Assembly: GCA_030041455.1 (NCBI GenBank)
Contig: JASHNV010000058.1
Location: forward strand, 6,453 to 70,452
Source: Spirochaetia bacterium
GTDB taxonomy: Bacteria > Spirochaetota > Spirochaetia > DAHUYW01
Direction of reading: 5' to 3'
Length of the DNA stretch: 64,000 bases
In this document: piece by piece, positions 8,893 through 18,931 of the stretch
Layout of the letters: each line of letters starts with the position of its first letter
Position numbering within the stretch: the first letter of the stretch is position 1
Notes under the pieces: generated by a model
What the model saw: the letters and a program-made list of their open reading frames with translations, nothing else
Databases searched by the model: none
Told to the model about the DNA's origin: nothing
Program-made: the position numbers and the translations under genes

Positions 8893-9432
8893 ATGAGAAG
8901 CTTCGTATGTTCGGTTATCCTCGCGGCCGGGCTTGCCTCCACCGCGATCGAGGCAAGCCCCGCGCCGACGCTCCCGCTGAACCTTGCTCCCGCCGACGGA
9001 CCCGCGTCCGCGGGCAAGCTCTATCACTTCTTCGCCGGCTTCTCCGTGGGCCTGTTCGCCGCAGCGGGGGTCGACGGCGCCTATTCGGCTCAAACGGTGG
9101 CCCAGTACCCGTACCTTCTTCCGCTCGTCGCTCTCACCGCCTCGGAAGCCGCGGGTATGTCCAAGGAGATTCTCGACTCCACCGGCTTCGGGGACCCTCG
9201 CTTCGGCGACGTCCTTATCACCATGTCCGGCGGGCTCGCCGCCGCGGCGGCCGCGTTCGGGATGGAGTCGACGATGCCGGAAAGCCAGGCGGGCAGGCAG
9301 GCGAGCATCGAGTTCTTCGTCGCGGCGGCGACGATTCTCGCGACACCGGTCATCGTGGGAATGGACCAGGAGATCCGGAGCTATCTCGACCGCCGGAAGG
9401 CGGCATCAAAAGAGCGGCGGGAGCACCACTGA
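8893..9432 (+). CDS. exported/membrane hypothetical protein (YfiM/DUF2279-like)
   Basis: Signal peptide; KLYHFFAG...KEILD..G.G....DVLITMSG pattern with hydrophobic helices. Confidence 0.65.
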   Translation: MRSFVCSVILAAGLASTAIEASPAPTLPLNLAPADGPASAGKLYHFFAGFSVGLFAAAGVDGAYSAQTVAQYPYLLPLVALTASEAAGMSKEILDSTGFGDPRFGDVLITMSGGLAAAAAAFGMESTMPESQAGRQASIEFFVAAATILATPVIVGMDQEIRSYLDRRKAASKERREHH

Positions 9433-9551
9433 GCCGTTTCCATCGATGTGGGGAATGGCGGCGGTTCATGCTCGGTAGAGCGGGCCGGAGGTAAGACGAC
9501 GATCGGGAGACGTTCCGCCGACCGAGGCGTAGGAAACGAGGAGCATCTTGA

Positions 9552-10121
9552 GTGGCAGGATCATGTGTCGTGCTTACCGGGGCATCGGGCGGAGGAAAGA
9601 CCACCATCGCTCTCGCCGTCAAGACAATGCGTCCTGACTTCACGGTCTTGCACTTTGACGCCATTGGGGTTCCGTCAGCGGAAGTCATGGCGACCTTCGG
9701 AACAGGTCGCCAGCCAGGCGGGGAGTGGCAACGCGCGATGACCCTGCAATGGCTCGAGCGGATTACGCGCTATCTCAAAGCCGGAGACAATGTGCTGTTC
9801 GAGGGGCAAATGCGAATTGCATTCATTCTCGAGGGGCTCGCACGCTACGAGGTTTCGAACGCACGGATGATCGTCGTGGACTGCGACGATCAAACCCGCA
9901 CTCGCCGCCTCACGAAAGATCGTCGACAGCCGGAGTTGGCGAACGACGGCATGATGGGATGGAGCAAGTATCTGCGCCAAGAGGCAATCGAGGCCGGGTG
10001 CGATATTCTTGATACCGGCGCTCTTCCATTGGCGGAGAGCGTTCGGCGAATCGTCGGCTACCTCGGCGGAACAGACCGTGAGCCGACGTTCGGAAGCAAT
10101 TCCAGAAAAATAGCTGATTGA
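9552..10121 (+). CDS. small P-loop kinase (AAA_18/shikimate-kinase-like)
   Basis: VVLTGASGGGKTT Walker A, VLFEG, lid arginines RTRRL; GAGGAG RBS. Confidence 0.8.
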   Translation: MAGSCVVLTGASGGGKTTIALAVKTMRPDFTVLHFDAIGVPSAEVMATFGTGRQPGGEWQRAMTLQWLERITRYLKAGDNVLFEGQMRIAFILEGLARYEVSNARMIVVDCDDQTRTRRLTKDRRQPELANDGMMGWSKYLRQEAIEAGCDILDTGALPLAESVRRIVGYLGGTDREPTFGSNSRKIAD

Positions 10122-10296
10122 GATAGAGCTTGAAGAGAACGACCCGGTCCACGGAGGGCTTTCCTTCCCGCCAGTACATCGGCGTCATGTCCGTTTGGAT
10201 TTCTGCCCCCACATGAGCGCTCGCGGTTTTTTGACGTTCAGCTTTTCCGCGCTTCGACGCATTGCGGTTGGATAGGTCGGCTTCCTTACAACCCAT
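10122..10296 (-). mobile_element. IS5/IS1182-like transposase N-terminal remnant
   Basis: GAGGAGG-ATG GGT TGT AAG start; the peptide MYWREGKPSVDRVVLFKL resembles the Y..GRPSIDPVVLFK motif; truncated. Confidence 0.45.
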
Positions 10297-10385
10297 CCTC
10301 CTCATTGTCCGGCAGCCGGGCTCCGCCGGTACGCGAAAAGGCCGTGATATACTGGAGGGCGTTCAGTCCAAAAAAGGAGATCATC

Positions 10386-10775
10386 ATGTCGGTCGAAGAA
10401 AACAAGAAGCTTTACCTCCGTTACCAGGCCGCTCTTCGCGCTCCCGATACCCTCGGTGAAGTCCTCGCCTCCGACTTTGTCACCCATGATCTGCCACCGG
10501 GCATGACGCTCGCGCAATTTCGGCGCGGAATCAACGTCGCCTTTCCGGACCAAACGTGGGAGGTTCTGGATATGGTTGCCGAGGGCGACCGGGTCGCGGG
10601 CCGTGTCCGCCAGACTCAGACTCACCTCGGCGTCCTGCAAGGGATTCCGCCCACCGGGAAGAATTTTGCATTCGAGCTCCTCGAGATCATCCGAGTAGAC
10701 AACGGCAAGATCGCGGAGCGCTGGGTTCAGTTCGACCGAGAAGGCTTGATGCAGCAGCTGAAGCGCCCGCAGTGA
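10386..10775 (+). CDS. SnoaL-like ester cyclase (NTF2 fold)
   Basis: AAGGAG RBS; MSVEENK, AFPD....DMVAEGDRV, THLG..QGIPPTGK, GKIAERW. Confidence 0.9.
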   Translation: MSVEENKKLYLRYQAALRAPDTLGEVLASDFVTHDLPPGMTLAQFRRGINVAFPDQTWEVLDMVAEGDRVAGRVRQTQTHLGVLQGIPPTGKNFAFELLEIIRVDNGKIAERWVQFDREGLMQQLKRPQ

Positions 10776-11187
10776 GGAAAGGCGGCGGTGTTGGCCTCGC
10801 GGGCATCCCGACCTTTTGCGAGAACGATCGGCCGACGTCCACGCTATCGATTCCCGCACGGAGCTTCAGGGCGCGGAAACCGATTCATCGTGCTTCCAAG
10901 CCCCATGCGTCTGTCGCCTTGGTGACCGATGCCTCGGCGGAATGTCATTTTGCGTCGATCACGATGATCCGCTCGTTCAGCGAAGGTCCGACGCGGTCCC
11001 TGGAACGACGCCGCGAGGGAGCGTCGTCTCAAAGAGGTCCCGTCGCGGCGACGTCGAGCCCGTCGAAGCCCTGCCGCGAATGAAAGTGCCCCCGGGGAAA
11101 AGAATGGGAACCCCGGGGGCGGCAAAAGAAGCAGGAAACGCCGATTGCCAGCGACGGATTCGTCCCCTGCTGCAATAATTTGACGGG

Positions 11188-11253
11188 CAGCGGGCGGATT
11201 AGTTCCCGCAACCATGCTCACGGTCCTCCATGGGTGGCCGCCGGCCGCTCGCC
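11188..11253. repeat. ~65-bp structured direct repeat, copy 1
   Basis: CAGCGGGCGGATTAGTTCCCGCAACCATGCTCACGGTCCTCCATGGGTGGCCGCCGGCCGCTCGCC; near-identical to 22892-22955. Confidence 0.85.
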
Positions 11254-11299
11254 CCTTTGCGTTCGATCACCGTCCGGGTCACAATGGCGCGAGCCGTCC

Positions 11300-11477
11300 G
11301 GCCGGAACGTCAGGTTGCGGACCGGGCGGCGGCACGAATACCCAAGCGGGAGTTGGTTCGATGGCAGAAACGGCGGTATCGCTCGCGGCGAGCGAGCAGT
11401 ACTTCTACTCGGACGACAAGGGGTGGTTCATCTTCGTCTACGTCACCAATGGCAAGGTAACGTCGATCAACCATTGA
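11300..11477 (+). pseudogene. C-terminal fragment of an unknown (secreted?) protein
   Basis: Protein-like tail SEQYFYSDDKGWFIFVYVTNGKVTSINH* with no convincing start codon. Confidence 0.35.
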
Positions 11478-11753
11478 GCCGCCGGGCCTGGCCACCCTAC
11501 GCCGTCCCGTTTCGGATCGGGCAGGCTCCCGATTGAGCGGCTCTCGGCGATCCCCGACTTGCTCGGCGATGTCACGGACGCCGTCCAAAAGGTTCCGACC
11601 ACCATGAAGATCGACACCGCCAGTGTGTGCCCGATCGACATCACTGACTGCTTTTGCCTGCGCCTTCCGCACGGCCTCGATCGGGCCCCGGAGGGAGCGC
11701 TCGGCGCCTCTGCGCGGCTTTCGAAGAGAGGTCCCCTCGCGGGGGCCGTCTCT

Positions 11754-12716
11754 CTATCCTCGGCGAAATCGTTGCCGGTCGAGGAGCTTCCGAACGGTCG
11801 CGGCGATTCCCGGACCGGTAATGCCGTAGTACGAGAAGAGCTCTGCGCTGCTTCCCGCGGGGACGAACTCGTCGGGGAACCCGATGATGCGCATTGGAAC
11901 CGCATGTTTCTGCGCAAGCACTTCGGCGACCGCCGAGCCGAGGCCTCCGTAGACGCTGTGCTCTTCGATGGTCACGACCGCGCCCGTTTCGCGCGCCGCT
12001 GTGACGACCGAATCTTCGTCGAGCGGTTTCAACGTCGGCATGTCGAGTAGCCTCGCGCGAATGCCCGCCGCCGCCAGCTCGCCGACGGCTTGTAGCGCGG
12101 GGTAGACGGCTTCCCCGCTCGCGATAAGAGTGCAGTCGCCGCCGCCGCACAGCTCGTACGCCTTTCCAAAGGTGAAGGCCGTGAGGTCGTCGGGATAGAC
12201 CTCGGGCACCGGCCCCCGGCCGATCCTAACATACACCGGACCGACGTGCTTCGTAAGGAAGCGCGTGACGGCCCGCGTTTGCGCGACGTCGCAGGGCACG
12301 ATGATCGAAATGTTCGGAATCGCCCGCATGAAAGCGATGTCGTGGAGCGAGTGGTGCGTGCTCCCGAGCGCTCCGTAGCTGACGCCGCCACTCACGCCGA
12401 CAATCTTTACGTTGGTGTTGGCGTAGGCGACGTCGTTCTTCACCTGCTCGATCGCCCTCGCCGAGTAGAACGAAGCCGGACCGCACGCAAAGGGCCGCTT
12501 GCCGGATCTCGCGAGCCCCGCCGAAACGCCGACGGTGTTCTGTTCGGCTATGCCCATCTCCACGAACTGCGCGGGGACCGCCCGCTCGTAGTCCCCGAGC
12601 GTTACGGAGCCTTTGGCGTCGGAGGTCACCGCGATGATGGAGGAGTCGGAAAGCGCCGCCTCGAGCAAAATCTCGGTGAACGCGTGCCTGCAGCTTTTCC
12701 CGCCCGCATCGGACAT
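11754..12716 (-). CDS. transketolase C-terminal subunit (AptB-like, apulose-4-phosphate transketolase)
   Basis: EMGIAEQN, YGALGSTHHSLHD, EEHSVYGGLGSAV; adjacent to the N-terminal subunit. Confidence 0.9.
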   Translation of the reverse strand: MSDAGGKSCRHAFTEILLEAALSDSSIIAVTSDAKGSVTLGDYERAVPAQFVEMGIAEQNTVGVSAGLARSGKRPFACGPASFYSARAIEQVKNDVAYANTNVKIVGVSGGVSYGALGSTHHSLHDIAFMRAIPNISIIVPCDVAQTRAVTRFLTKHVGPVYVRIGRGPVPEVYPDDLTAFTFGKAYELCGGGDCTLIASGEAVYPALQAVGELAAAGIRARLLDMPTLKPLDEDSVVTAARETGAVVTIEEHSVYGGLGSAVAEVLAQKHAVPMRIIGFPDEFVPAGSSAELFSYYGITGPGIAATVRKLLDRQRFRRG

Positions 12717-12717
12717 C

Positions 12718-13551
12718 TTAGTCGCGATCCTTCAGGGCCTTGTCGAGCTCACGCTCCGCCAGGTCGAGCTCGTCGGCCGTCGGCGCGCGGTGGTGCCAGT
12801 CGGGTTTGTTTTCCATGAACGAAACGCCTTTGCCCTTGACGGTATGTGCGATAACGAGGTGCGGCCTGCTCGAGTCCTTCGGCAGCCGGTCGAAGAGGCT
12901 CACGAGCGCGACCATGTCGTTGCCGTCTACTTCGACGACCTTCCAGCCAAATGCCGACCATCGATCCTTCAGGGACGCCACGCGCATGACCGCGTCGACC
13001 TTGCCGCTGATCTGGAGATTGTTGTTGTCGATTATTCCGACCAAATTGCCGAGCGCGTGGTGCGACGCCGCCATGGCACCCTCCCAAATGCTCCCCTCCG
13101 CCTGCTCGCCGTCGCCCATCAGGACGTAAACGCGGTAAGCCGCGCCGTCGAGCTTGCCGGCGATCGCCATCCCGACGCCGACCGACAGACCGTGGCCGAG
13201 CGCACCGGTCGGGATCTCGACTCCCGGCGCCTTCATCGTCGGATGGCCATACAGCCTCGTGTTGAACGTGCCGTAGCCGTCGAGCTCCGGCGGCGGGAAA
13301 TAACCGGCCTCGGCCAGCACACAGTAGAACCCCTCCACGCTGTGCCCCTTGCTGAGCACGAATCGATCGCGGAGGCTCCACTGCGGATCCTTCGGATCGT
13401 ACCTCATCGCGTGAAAGTAAAGGGCGACGAGAATGTCCAGCGACGACAGCGAACCGCCAGTGTGCCCGCCTCCGGCCTGAAAAATCATCCGAAGCGTCCT
13501 CTGCCGCAGCCGAATCGAGAGTCGAACTAGCTCTGGAACGGAGTTACTCAC
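12718..13551 (-). CDS. transketolase N-terminal subunit (AptA-like)
   Basis: GTG at 13551 with GAGG RBS; GGHTGGSLS, DRFVLSKGH, TPP motif GDGEQAEG...NN. Confidence 0.9.
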   Translation of the reverse strand: MSNSVPELVRLSIRLRQRTLRMIFQAGGGHTGGSLSSLDILVALYFHAMRYDPKDPQWSLRDRFVLSKGHSVEGFYCVLAEAGYFPPPELDGYGTFNTRLYGHPTMKAPGVEIPTGALGHGLSVGVGMAIAGKLDGAAYRVYVLMGDGEQAEGSIWEGAMAASHHALGNLVGIIDNNNLQISGKVDAVMRVASLKDRWSAFGWKVVEVDGNDMVALVSLFDRLPKDSSRPHLVIAHTVKGKGVSFMENKPDWHHRAPTADELDLAERELDKALKDRD

Positions 13552-13601
13552 GGTATCCTCGAGGCCGGATGCGCTTTCGCCGCGCATCCGGCGATGAAAC
13601 G

Positions 13602-14582
13602 TCAGGATCCTGAAAGAACGAAGTTGTTCAGATCGGCGGCGTTGTCCTTCGTAATGAGGGTGCAGTTCACCGTCTGCTTCTCCGGCTTGCCAGTAGAGCC
13701 GGATTTCAGGTATTGGTCGGCCTCGTCTACCGCGTTTATCGAGAGCTGGACGATCGGCTGGAGCACCGTGGCCTTCATCTGGCCCTTCAAGATCGACGCT
13801 GCGGCATCGGGGCTGCCGTCGAGGCCGACGACAATCACGTCGGGCCGATTTGCCGCGAGAAGGGCGGCCTCCGCTCCGACGGCCATCGTGTCGTTTCCGC
13901 ATATCACCCCGTTGATCTCCGGATGTGCCTGAAGAATCGTCTGCATGACGCTAAACGCCTGGTTCTGGTCCCAATTGGCGGTCTGCTGGGCGACCATCTT
14001 CATGTCCGGGAACTTGTCGAGGATGCTGTGGTACCCCTCGGAGCGCACGTGCGCGTTGGTGTCGGAGTCTTTCCCGGTCAACTCGACGTAGTTGCCCTTT
14101 TGTCCCATAAGCTGGGCGAAATAGGTCGCGCCGAGCGTCGCGCCCTGAAAGTTGTTGGACACGATCTGCGCTTTCGCGATTCCCTTCGCGTTGATCTCGC
14201 GGTCAACGCAGAACGTCGGAATTCCGGCATTGGCGGCCTTCTGAATGGCGGCGATCGATGCGTCGGCTCCCGCGTTGTCCAATATGATCGCCGCAGCGTG
14301 CCGCGCGATCGCCGTGTCAAAGAGCTGGTTCTGTGTGTCGACGCTGTCGTTGTGACTTGCCGTCATGGTGTCGTAGCCGAGCCTTTCGGCTTCCGCCTTG
14401 GCGGTGTTCATCATTGTCACGAAGAACGGATTGTCGAGCGACGCGGTAAAGATGGCGATGAGCTTCTTACCGGAAGTGCTCGAACTCGTTTCCTTTGCGC
14501 CGTTTGCGAAAACGCTCGTCGAAGCCGCGAACAAGGCGACCGCCGCGAGCAGAAGCGCAGCTGCAAGCTTTCCTTTTCTCAT
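13602..14582 (-). CDS. sugar ABC transporter substrate-binding protein, D-apiose-binding subfamily
   Basis: Spirochaete-type signal ending VFANG; DNPFF, IILDNAGADASIAAI, DREIN..G.A.AQIVSNN.QGA, SDTNA.VRS.GYH, GNDTMA as recalled from rhizobial apiose-binding proteins. Confidence 0.85.
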   Translation of the reverse strand: MRKGKLAAALLLAAVALFAASTSVFANGAKETSSSTSGKKLIAIFTASLDNPFFVTMMNTAKAEAERLGYDTMTASHNDSVDTQNQLFDTAIARHAAAIILDNAGADASIAAIQKAANAGIPTFCVDREINAKGIAKAQIVSNNFQGATLGATYFAQLMGQKGNYVELTGKDSDTNAHVRSEGYHSILDKFPDMKMVAQQTANWDQNQAFSVMQTILQAHPEINGVICGNDTMAVGAEAALLAANRPDVIVVGLDGSPDAAASILKGQMKATVLQPIVQLSINAVDEADQYLKSGSTGKPEKQTVNCTLITKDNAADLNNFVLSGS

Positions 14583-14674
14583 GGTCTCTATCCTCCTCTG
14601 GCGAAATTGTGCTGCCTGACCTCGAGCTGCTGTGCGGCCCGGAGGTCGTTACCGAAAGAATGCGTGAATCGCTA

Positions 14675-15733
14675 TCACCCCCTTTTCTCCTCTTGGATTG
14701 CCGCCACCCTCGAGATGTTCTCCTGGAGCTGGTCGATCGCGACGGCTACGATAATCACGACGCCTTTGATCACCATCTGCCAGAAGTCCGAGACGCCTAC
14801 CATGACGAGGCCATCGGCGAGGATACCGATGACGAACGATCCGATGATCGTCCCGCCGATCGTCCCCCGGCCGCCCATAAGCGAGGTCCCTCCCAGGACT
14901 GCCGCCGCGATTGCATTGAGCTCGTAGGTTTCCCCCGAAGCGGGATTCGCCGCGATGAGTTGGGAGGTGACGATGAGCCCGCTGAGCGCCGCGAGCGCCC
15001 CGGAGATCATGTACACACGAAAGCGGATCCGGCGCACCCTCACGCCGGAGAGATCCGCCGCCCGTTCGTTGCCGCCTACGGCGTAGACATGACGGCCGAA
15101 GGGAGTCCGGTTCGCCACGAAGGCCGCAAGCAGCGCTACCGCCACGAGTAGCCAGATCGAAACCGGAACGCCGAGGATGTTGCCCTCGCCGAGAAACGGA
15201 AATCCGGTGTTGCCGAGGCTCGGTCGTCCGTTGAGGAAGGGAAACGTCGACCCGTTGTTGCTGAGAAGCGCGAAGCCGCGCGCGACGTAGAGCATTCCGA
15301 GGGTCGCGATGAAAGGCGCGACGTTCAGCCGCGTGACGATTACGCCGTTGACCGCCCCAATCACCGCACCGGCAGCTATCGCGATCACCACGATGAACCA
15401 CGTGTGGAAGTAAATGACCACGCCGAAGATCGGAAGCGGCATTCCGACGTCGATGAGCGCTCCGACGATCATGCCGCACAGCCCGAGGATTGAGCCCACC
15501 GAAAGGTCAATCCCTCCCGAAACGATGACGAAGGTCATGCCGATCGCGAGGAACGCGTTGATCGCGACGTGGCGGGTCATGAGGAGAATGTTCTGTACGG
15601 TAAGGAAGGTGTCGGAGAGAAGCGTGAATATGACGATGATGACAAGCAGGGCTATAACCGTCCTGAAGCGTAGCACGAGCAGCTTAAGGCTTTGGCGCGT
15701 CTTCCCGAGCACGCGCTTTTTGGTGTGCTCCAT
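14675..15733 (-). CDS. sugar ABC transporter permease (RbsC family)
   Basis: GGIDLSVGS, PFIATLG, GRHVYAVGGNERAA.LSG, YELNAIAAAVLGGTSL.GG.G. Confidence 0.95.
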   Translation of the reverse strand: MEHTKKRVLGKTRQSLKLLVLRFRTVIALLVIIVIFTLLSDTFLTVQNILLMTRHVAINAFLAIGMTFVIVSGGIDLSVGSILGLCGMIVGALIDVGMPLPIFGVVIYFHTWFIVVIAIAAGAVIGAVNGVIVTRLNVAPFIATLGMLYVARGFALLSNNGSTFPFLNGRPSLGNTGFPFLGEGNILGVPVSIWLLVAVALLAAFVANRTPFGRHVYAVGGNERAADLSGVRVRRIRFRVYMISGALAALSGLIVTSQLIAANPASGETYELNAIAAAVLGGTSLMGGRGTIGGTIIGSFVIGILADGLVMVGVSDFWQMVIKGVVIIVAVAIDQLQENISRVAAIQEEKRG

Positions 15734-15745
15734 GATCTGCGCTCC

Positions 15746-17287
15746 TCAGCCCTCGCCGCTCGAACGAGGTGCGACGCGGTCCCGCGCAGCGGCGGCGACC
15801 AGATCCGCTTCCGTATAGGCGCCGCGGCCGAACTCTCCGGTTACCGCACCGCCGGCCATGACAATCACCCGGTCGGAGAGGGCGACGATCTCCTTGAGCT
15901 CTGAGGAAGCGAACAAGATCCCGATGCCGGTCCGGGCGAGGCCGTTCATGATTGCGAAGATCTCGGACTTCGCGTTGACGTCGATGCCGCGGGTCGGCTC
16001 GTCCATCAGGAGTACCTTCGGTTTGGTCAACAGCGCCTTCGCGACGACGACCTTCTGCTGATTGCCTCCGCTGAGCGCGGTGATCAGCTGGTCGGACGAG
16101 GACACGCGGATCGAAAGCTGTCGTATCATGTCGAGGATCTCACTCTTGCCCGCGTTGCGCGGAAGAATGCCCATGCGCGCGTAGCCGCCGACGCTCGCGA
16201 GAATAACGTTGCCGCCGACCGTCAGAGTCTTTACGATTCCGGCGGCCTGTCGGTCCTCGGGAACGAGAATCAGCCCCCTCGCGATTCGCTCGCCGACGGA
16301 AGCGGATTTCGGCAGCGGCGATCCATCAACGACGACATCTCCGCTCGCGTCCGGGTGAAGTCCGATCACGCATTCCAGGAGCTCGGTTCTGCCCGCACCC
16401 ATGAGCCCGTACAGGCCGACGATTTCACCGGAGCGCACGAAGAACGAAGCGCCCTTCACGTGGTGGCCGCCCTCAACGCGCGCGTAGCTCAGACCGAGCA
16501 CCTCAAGGAGCACCCGCTTCGCCGCGCCGCCCTCTCGCGGCGGCGGCGCCGAAAGCGACTTCCCCACCATCTTCTCGATGATCCAGTTGACGTCGATGTC
16601 GCCGACCGTCGCCTCGGCGCGCATCTTGCCGTCGCGGAGCACCGATATGAAGTCTCCGATCTGGAGCACCTCCTCAAGACGGTGCGAAATGTAGACGATC
16701 GTGACTCCCTGGGCCTTGAGCTCTCGGACCACCCGAAAGAGGATCGAAACCTCGTCAGCCGTCAGCGCGGAGGTCGGCTCGTCCATGATGAGGATCTTCA
16801 CGTTCTGTGCGAGCGCCTTCGCGATGGCGACGATCTGCTGCGAGCTTACGCCGAGGTCGGCGACTTTCTTTTCAGGATCGATGGAATGCTCGAGGCGAGC
16901 GAGGAGGCGCTTGGACGCTTCCCTCTGCTTCTTGAAGTTGATGACTCCACGCGGGGCGATCTCTCGCGTGAGAAAAATGTTGTCGGAGACCGAAAGGTTT
17001 CGGCAAAGATCGAGCTCCTGGTAAATGATCCCGACGCCGTACGACTGCGCTTCCAGGGGGCTGTGGAACCGCACCGGGTGCCCCTCCATGACCAGCTTCC
17101 CCGCGGTGGGCTGCTCGGCGCCCGCGATAATTTTCATGAGCGTCGATTTCCCCGCGCCGTTCTCTCCGACGAGGACGTTGACTTTCCCTCGGTAGGCGTT
17201 GAAATCGACCCCATCGAGGGCCACGGTTCCCGGGAAGACCTTGGTCACGCTCACCGCCCGCAAGAGGATCTCCTCGCTCGCGCTCAT
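15746..17287 (-). CDS. sugar ABC transporter ATP-binding protein (RbsA family, two domains)
   Basis: [35 protein letters not shown]. Confidence 0.95.
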   Translation of the reverse strand: MSASEEILLRAVSVTKVFPGTVALDGVDFNAYRGKVNVLVGENGAGKSTLMKIIAGAEQPTAGKLVMEGHPVRFHSPLEAQSYGVGIIYQELDLCRNLSVSDNIFLTREIAPRGVINFKKQREASKRLLARLEHSIDPEKKVADLGVSSQQIVAIAKALAQNVKILIMDEPTSALTADEVSILFRVVRELKAQGVTIVYISHRLEEVLQIGDFISVLRDGKMRAEATVGDIDVNWIIEKMVGKSLSAPPPREGGAAKRVLLEVLGLSYARVEGGHHVKGASFFVRSGEIVGLYGLMGAGRTELLECVIGLHPDASGDVVVDGSPLPKSASVGERIARGLILVPEDRQAAGIVKTLTVGGNVILASVGGYARMGILPRNAGKSEILDMIRQLSIRVSSSDQLITALSGGNQQKVVVAKALLTKPKVLLMDEPTRGIDVNAKSEIFAIMNGLARTGIGILFASSELKEIVALSDRVIVMAGGAVTGEFGRGAYTEADLVAAAARDRVAPRSSGEG

Positions 17288-17970
17288 GACGCAGCCTGAA
17301 CGACGATGACCGGCGTTATAAGGAGGTCCTTCGCATTTGTGCCGTCGTAGGTGAACGCCCCCTTGATCGAAACCCGCTTACCGAGGAGCCCTTTCAAATC
17401 GAGCTTGGAGAGGACATCGCGCGTAACCCTGGTGTTGAGCTCATCGGAGACGTCGCCGTACTGCATCTGGTTCGTGAACTGCTCGAAAGTGATGAACCTG
17501 ACGGCGTCCCGAAGCGCGGTCCCGAGAATGATCGGCCCAATCTGTACCTTCACCGGCAGGACGCCGCCTCCGAAGGGAGCATCCACGGTGAAAGTTCCGG
17601 TGAGGGAGGCGGTGTCTTCCGTCGCGACGGTTCCCGTGAACCGGACGAGGAAGTTGTAGGCTCCTCCGACGTCGTTGCCGTACCTCTTCGCCGCCGCCGC
17701 AGGGCTCGATCGAAGCGCCAAGACGAGGGTAGCCAAGTCGACCGCATCCCGGTCGACGGTCGGGACCACCTTCGAACTCCATATTCCGTTCACGAATGCG
17801 ACCTTGTCGAAGGCGACTCCGCCTTCCATGACCGCGGCGAGCGTCGGAGCCGAATTGATCGGCATGACCGTCGCGACAAACCCGGCGAGCCAGAGGATCA
17901 CGACGAGCGCGAGCAGCGCGACGGGAACGACGATCCACCGCACCGCGCTCGGAGCGTCGGTTGGTCTCAT
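17284..17970 (-). CDS. DUF2291 family protein
   Basis: ATG at 17970; N-terminal anchor; VQIGPII.GTALRDA..FITF.QFTNQM.YG...ELN is typical of DUF2291 next to polyol/apiose ABC systems. Confidence 0.85.
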   Translation of the reverse strand: MRPTDAPSAVRWIVVPVALLALVVILWLAGFVATVMPINSAPTLAAVMEGGVAFDKVAFVNGIWSSKVVPTVDRDAVDLATLVLALRSSPAAAAKRYGNDVGGAYNFLVRFTGTVATEDTASLTGTFTVDAPFGGGVLPVKVQIGPIILGTALRDAVRFITFEQFTNQMQYGDVSDELNTRVTRDVLSKLDLKGLLGKRVSIKGAFTYDGTNAKDLLITPVIVVQAAS

Positions 17971-17991
17971 GCTGTCCACCCCTGAGAGGGG

Positions 17992-18134
17992 ATCATAGAC
18001 CAGGAATTCCATAATTGTCAATAAAAATCGAAATTAAAAGTAAATAAATGTGCATTTTGATCGGAATTAAATCTTCTAATATTTACGATTTATTTGCAAA
18101 TCCTTTTGACAGCACGAAATTGGTATGGTACGAT
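17992..18134. promoter_or_regulatory. divergent sigma70 promoters with candidate DeoR operator repeats
   Basis: Minus strand: TTGACA(18021-18016)-18-TATGAT(17997-17992). Plus strand: TTGACA(18106)-17-TACGAT(18129). ATCG[A/G]AATTAAA occurs at 18027 and 18060. Confidence 0.75.
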
Positions 18135-18150
18135 GGCGTGGAGAGGTGTC

Positions 18151-18915
18151 ATGCTTGCTGAACAGCGAAGACGAAGAATTCTCGAGCTTATCCAGGAGGA
18201 AGGAAGCGCCAGCGTCAAAGCTTTGAGCGAGATTTTCGGCGTGTCGGAGCCCACGATTCGCCAGGATCTTCAGAAGCTCGAGGCGGAGTCCTTCGTGGTA
18301 AAGAGCCACGGCGGCGCGGTCCTGAAGTCGATTCCGCAGCAGGTCGGGTCGCTGTCGCTGCAGCACACCGAGAACTTGGACAAGAAGGCGGCAATCGGCC
18401 GGATGGCCGCCGAGCAGATTGCCGACGGCGACGCCATCATTCTCGATTCGGGGTCGACGGTCACGGCGGTCGCCAAGAACCTCGTCGGCAAGCGGGGCCT
18501 TCGCGTCATCACGAACGCGCTCAACATCGCGCTCACCGTCGGCGCAAACCCGACGTTCGAGGTGATGGTCACAGGTGGAGAGTTCAAGCCGCCCACCCTT
18601 TCCCTTACCGGCGAGAAGGCGGCCGCCTTCTTCTTGCAGATCCACGTCGACAAGCTTTTTCTTGCGACCGGTGGGGTTTCGGAGGAGTATGAGCTCACCT
18701 ACCCCGGCTTGAGCGACATACCGGTCAAGAAAGCGATGATTCGTTCGGCGGGCGAGGTCTACCTGGTGGCCGACTCGACGAAAATCGGAGTCCACAGCTT
18801 CGCCTCGCTCGGCAGCATCGAGCAGGTTCACTACTTCATCACCGATTCGGGCTTGAAACCCGAGCATCAAGAACGCTTCGAGCGCATGGGGATCAAGGTC
18901 CTCATCGCCCACTGA
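18151..18915 (+). CDS. DeoR/GlpR family transcriptional regulator
   Basis: MLAEQRRRRIL, FGVSEPTIRQDL, HGGA, LDSGST, ITNAL, ADSTK. Confidence 0.95.
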   Translation: MLAEQRRRRILELIQEEGSASVKALSEIFGVSEPTIRQDLQKLEAESFVVKSHGGAVLKSIPQQVGSLSLQHTENLDKKAAIGRMAAEQIADGDAIILDSGSTVTAVAKNLVGKRGLRVITNALNIALTVGANPTFEVMVTGGEFKPPTLSLTGEKAAAFFLQIHVDKLFLATGGVSEEYELTYPGLSDIPVKKAMIRSAGEVYLVADSTKIGVHSFASLGSIEQVHYFITDSGLKPEHQERFERMGIKVLIAH

Positions 18916-18931
18916 CCCAGGGAGGACGGTC

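Noticed and set aside
10776-11187. GC hairpin (11086-11120) and stop-riddled protein-like frames
   Set aside because: Probably decayed DNA; no family or RNA motif could be assigned
11188-11253. The 65-bp repeat as a known riboswitch, integron attC or CRISPR repeat
   Set aside because: It lacks the consensus of riboswitches I know and the attC RYYYAAC/GTTRRRY ends; only two copies 11.7 kb apart; no cas genes
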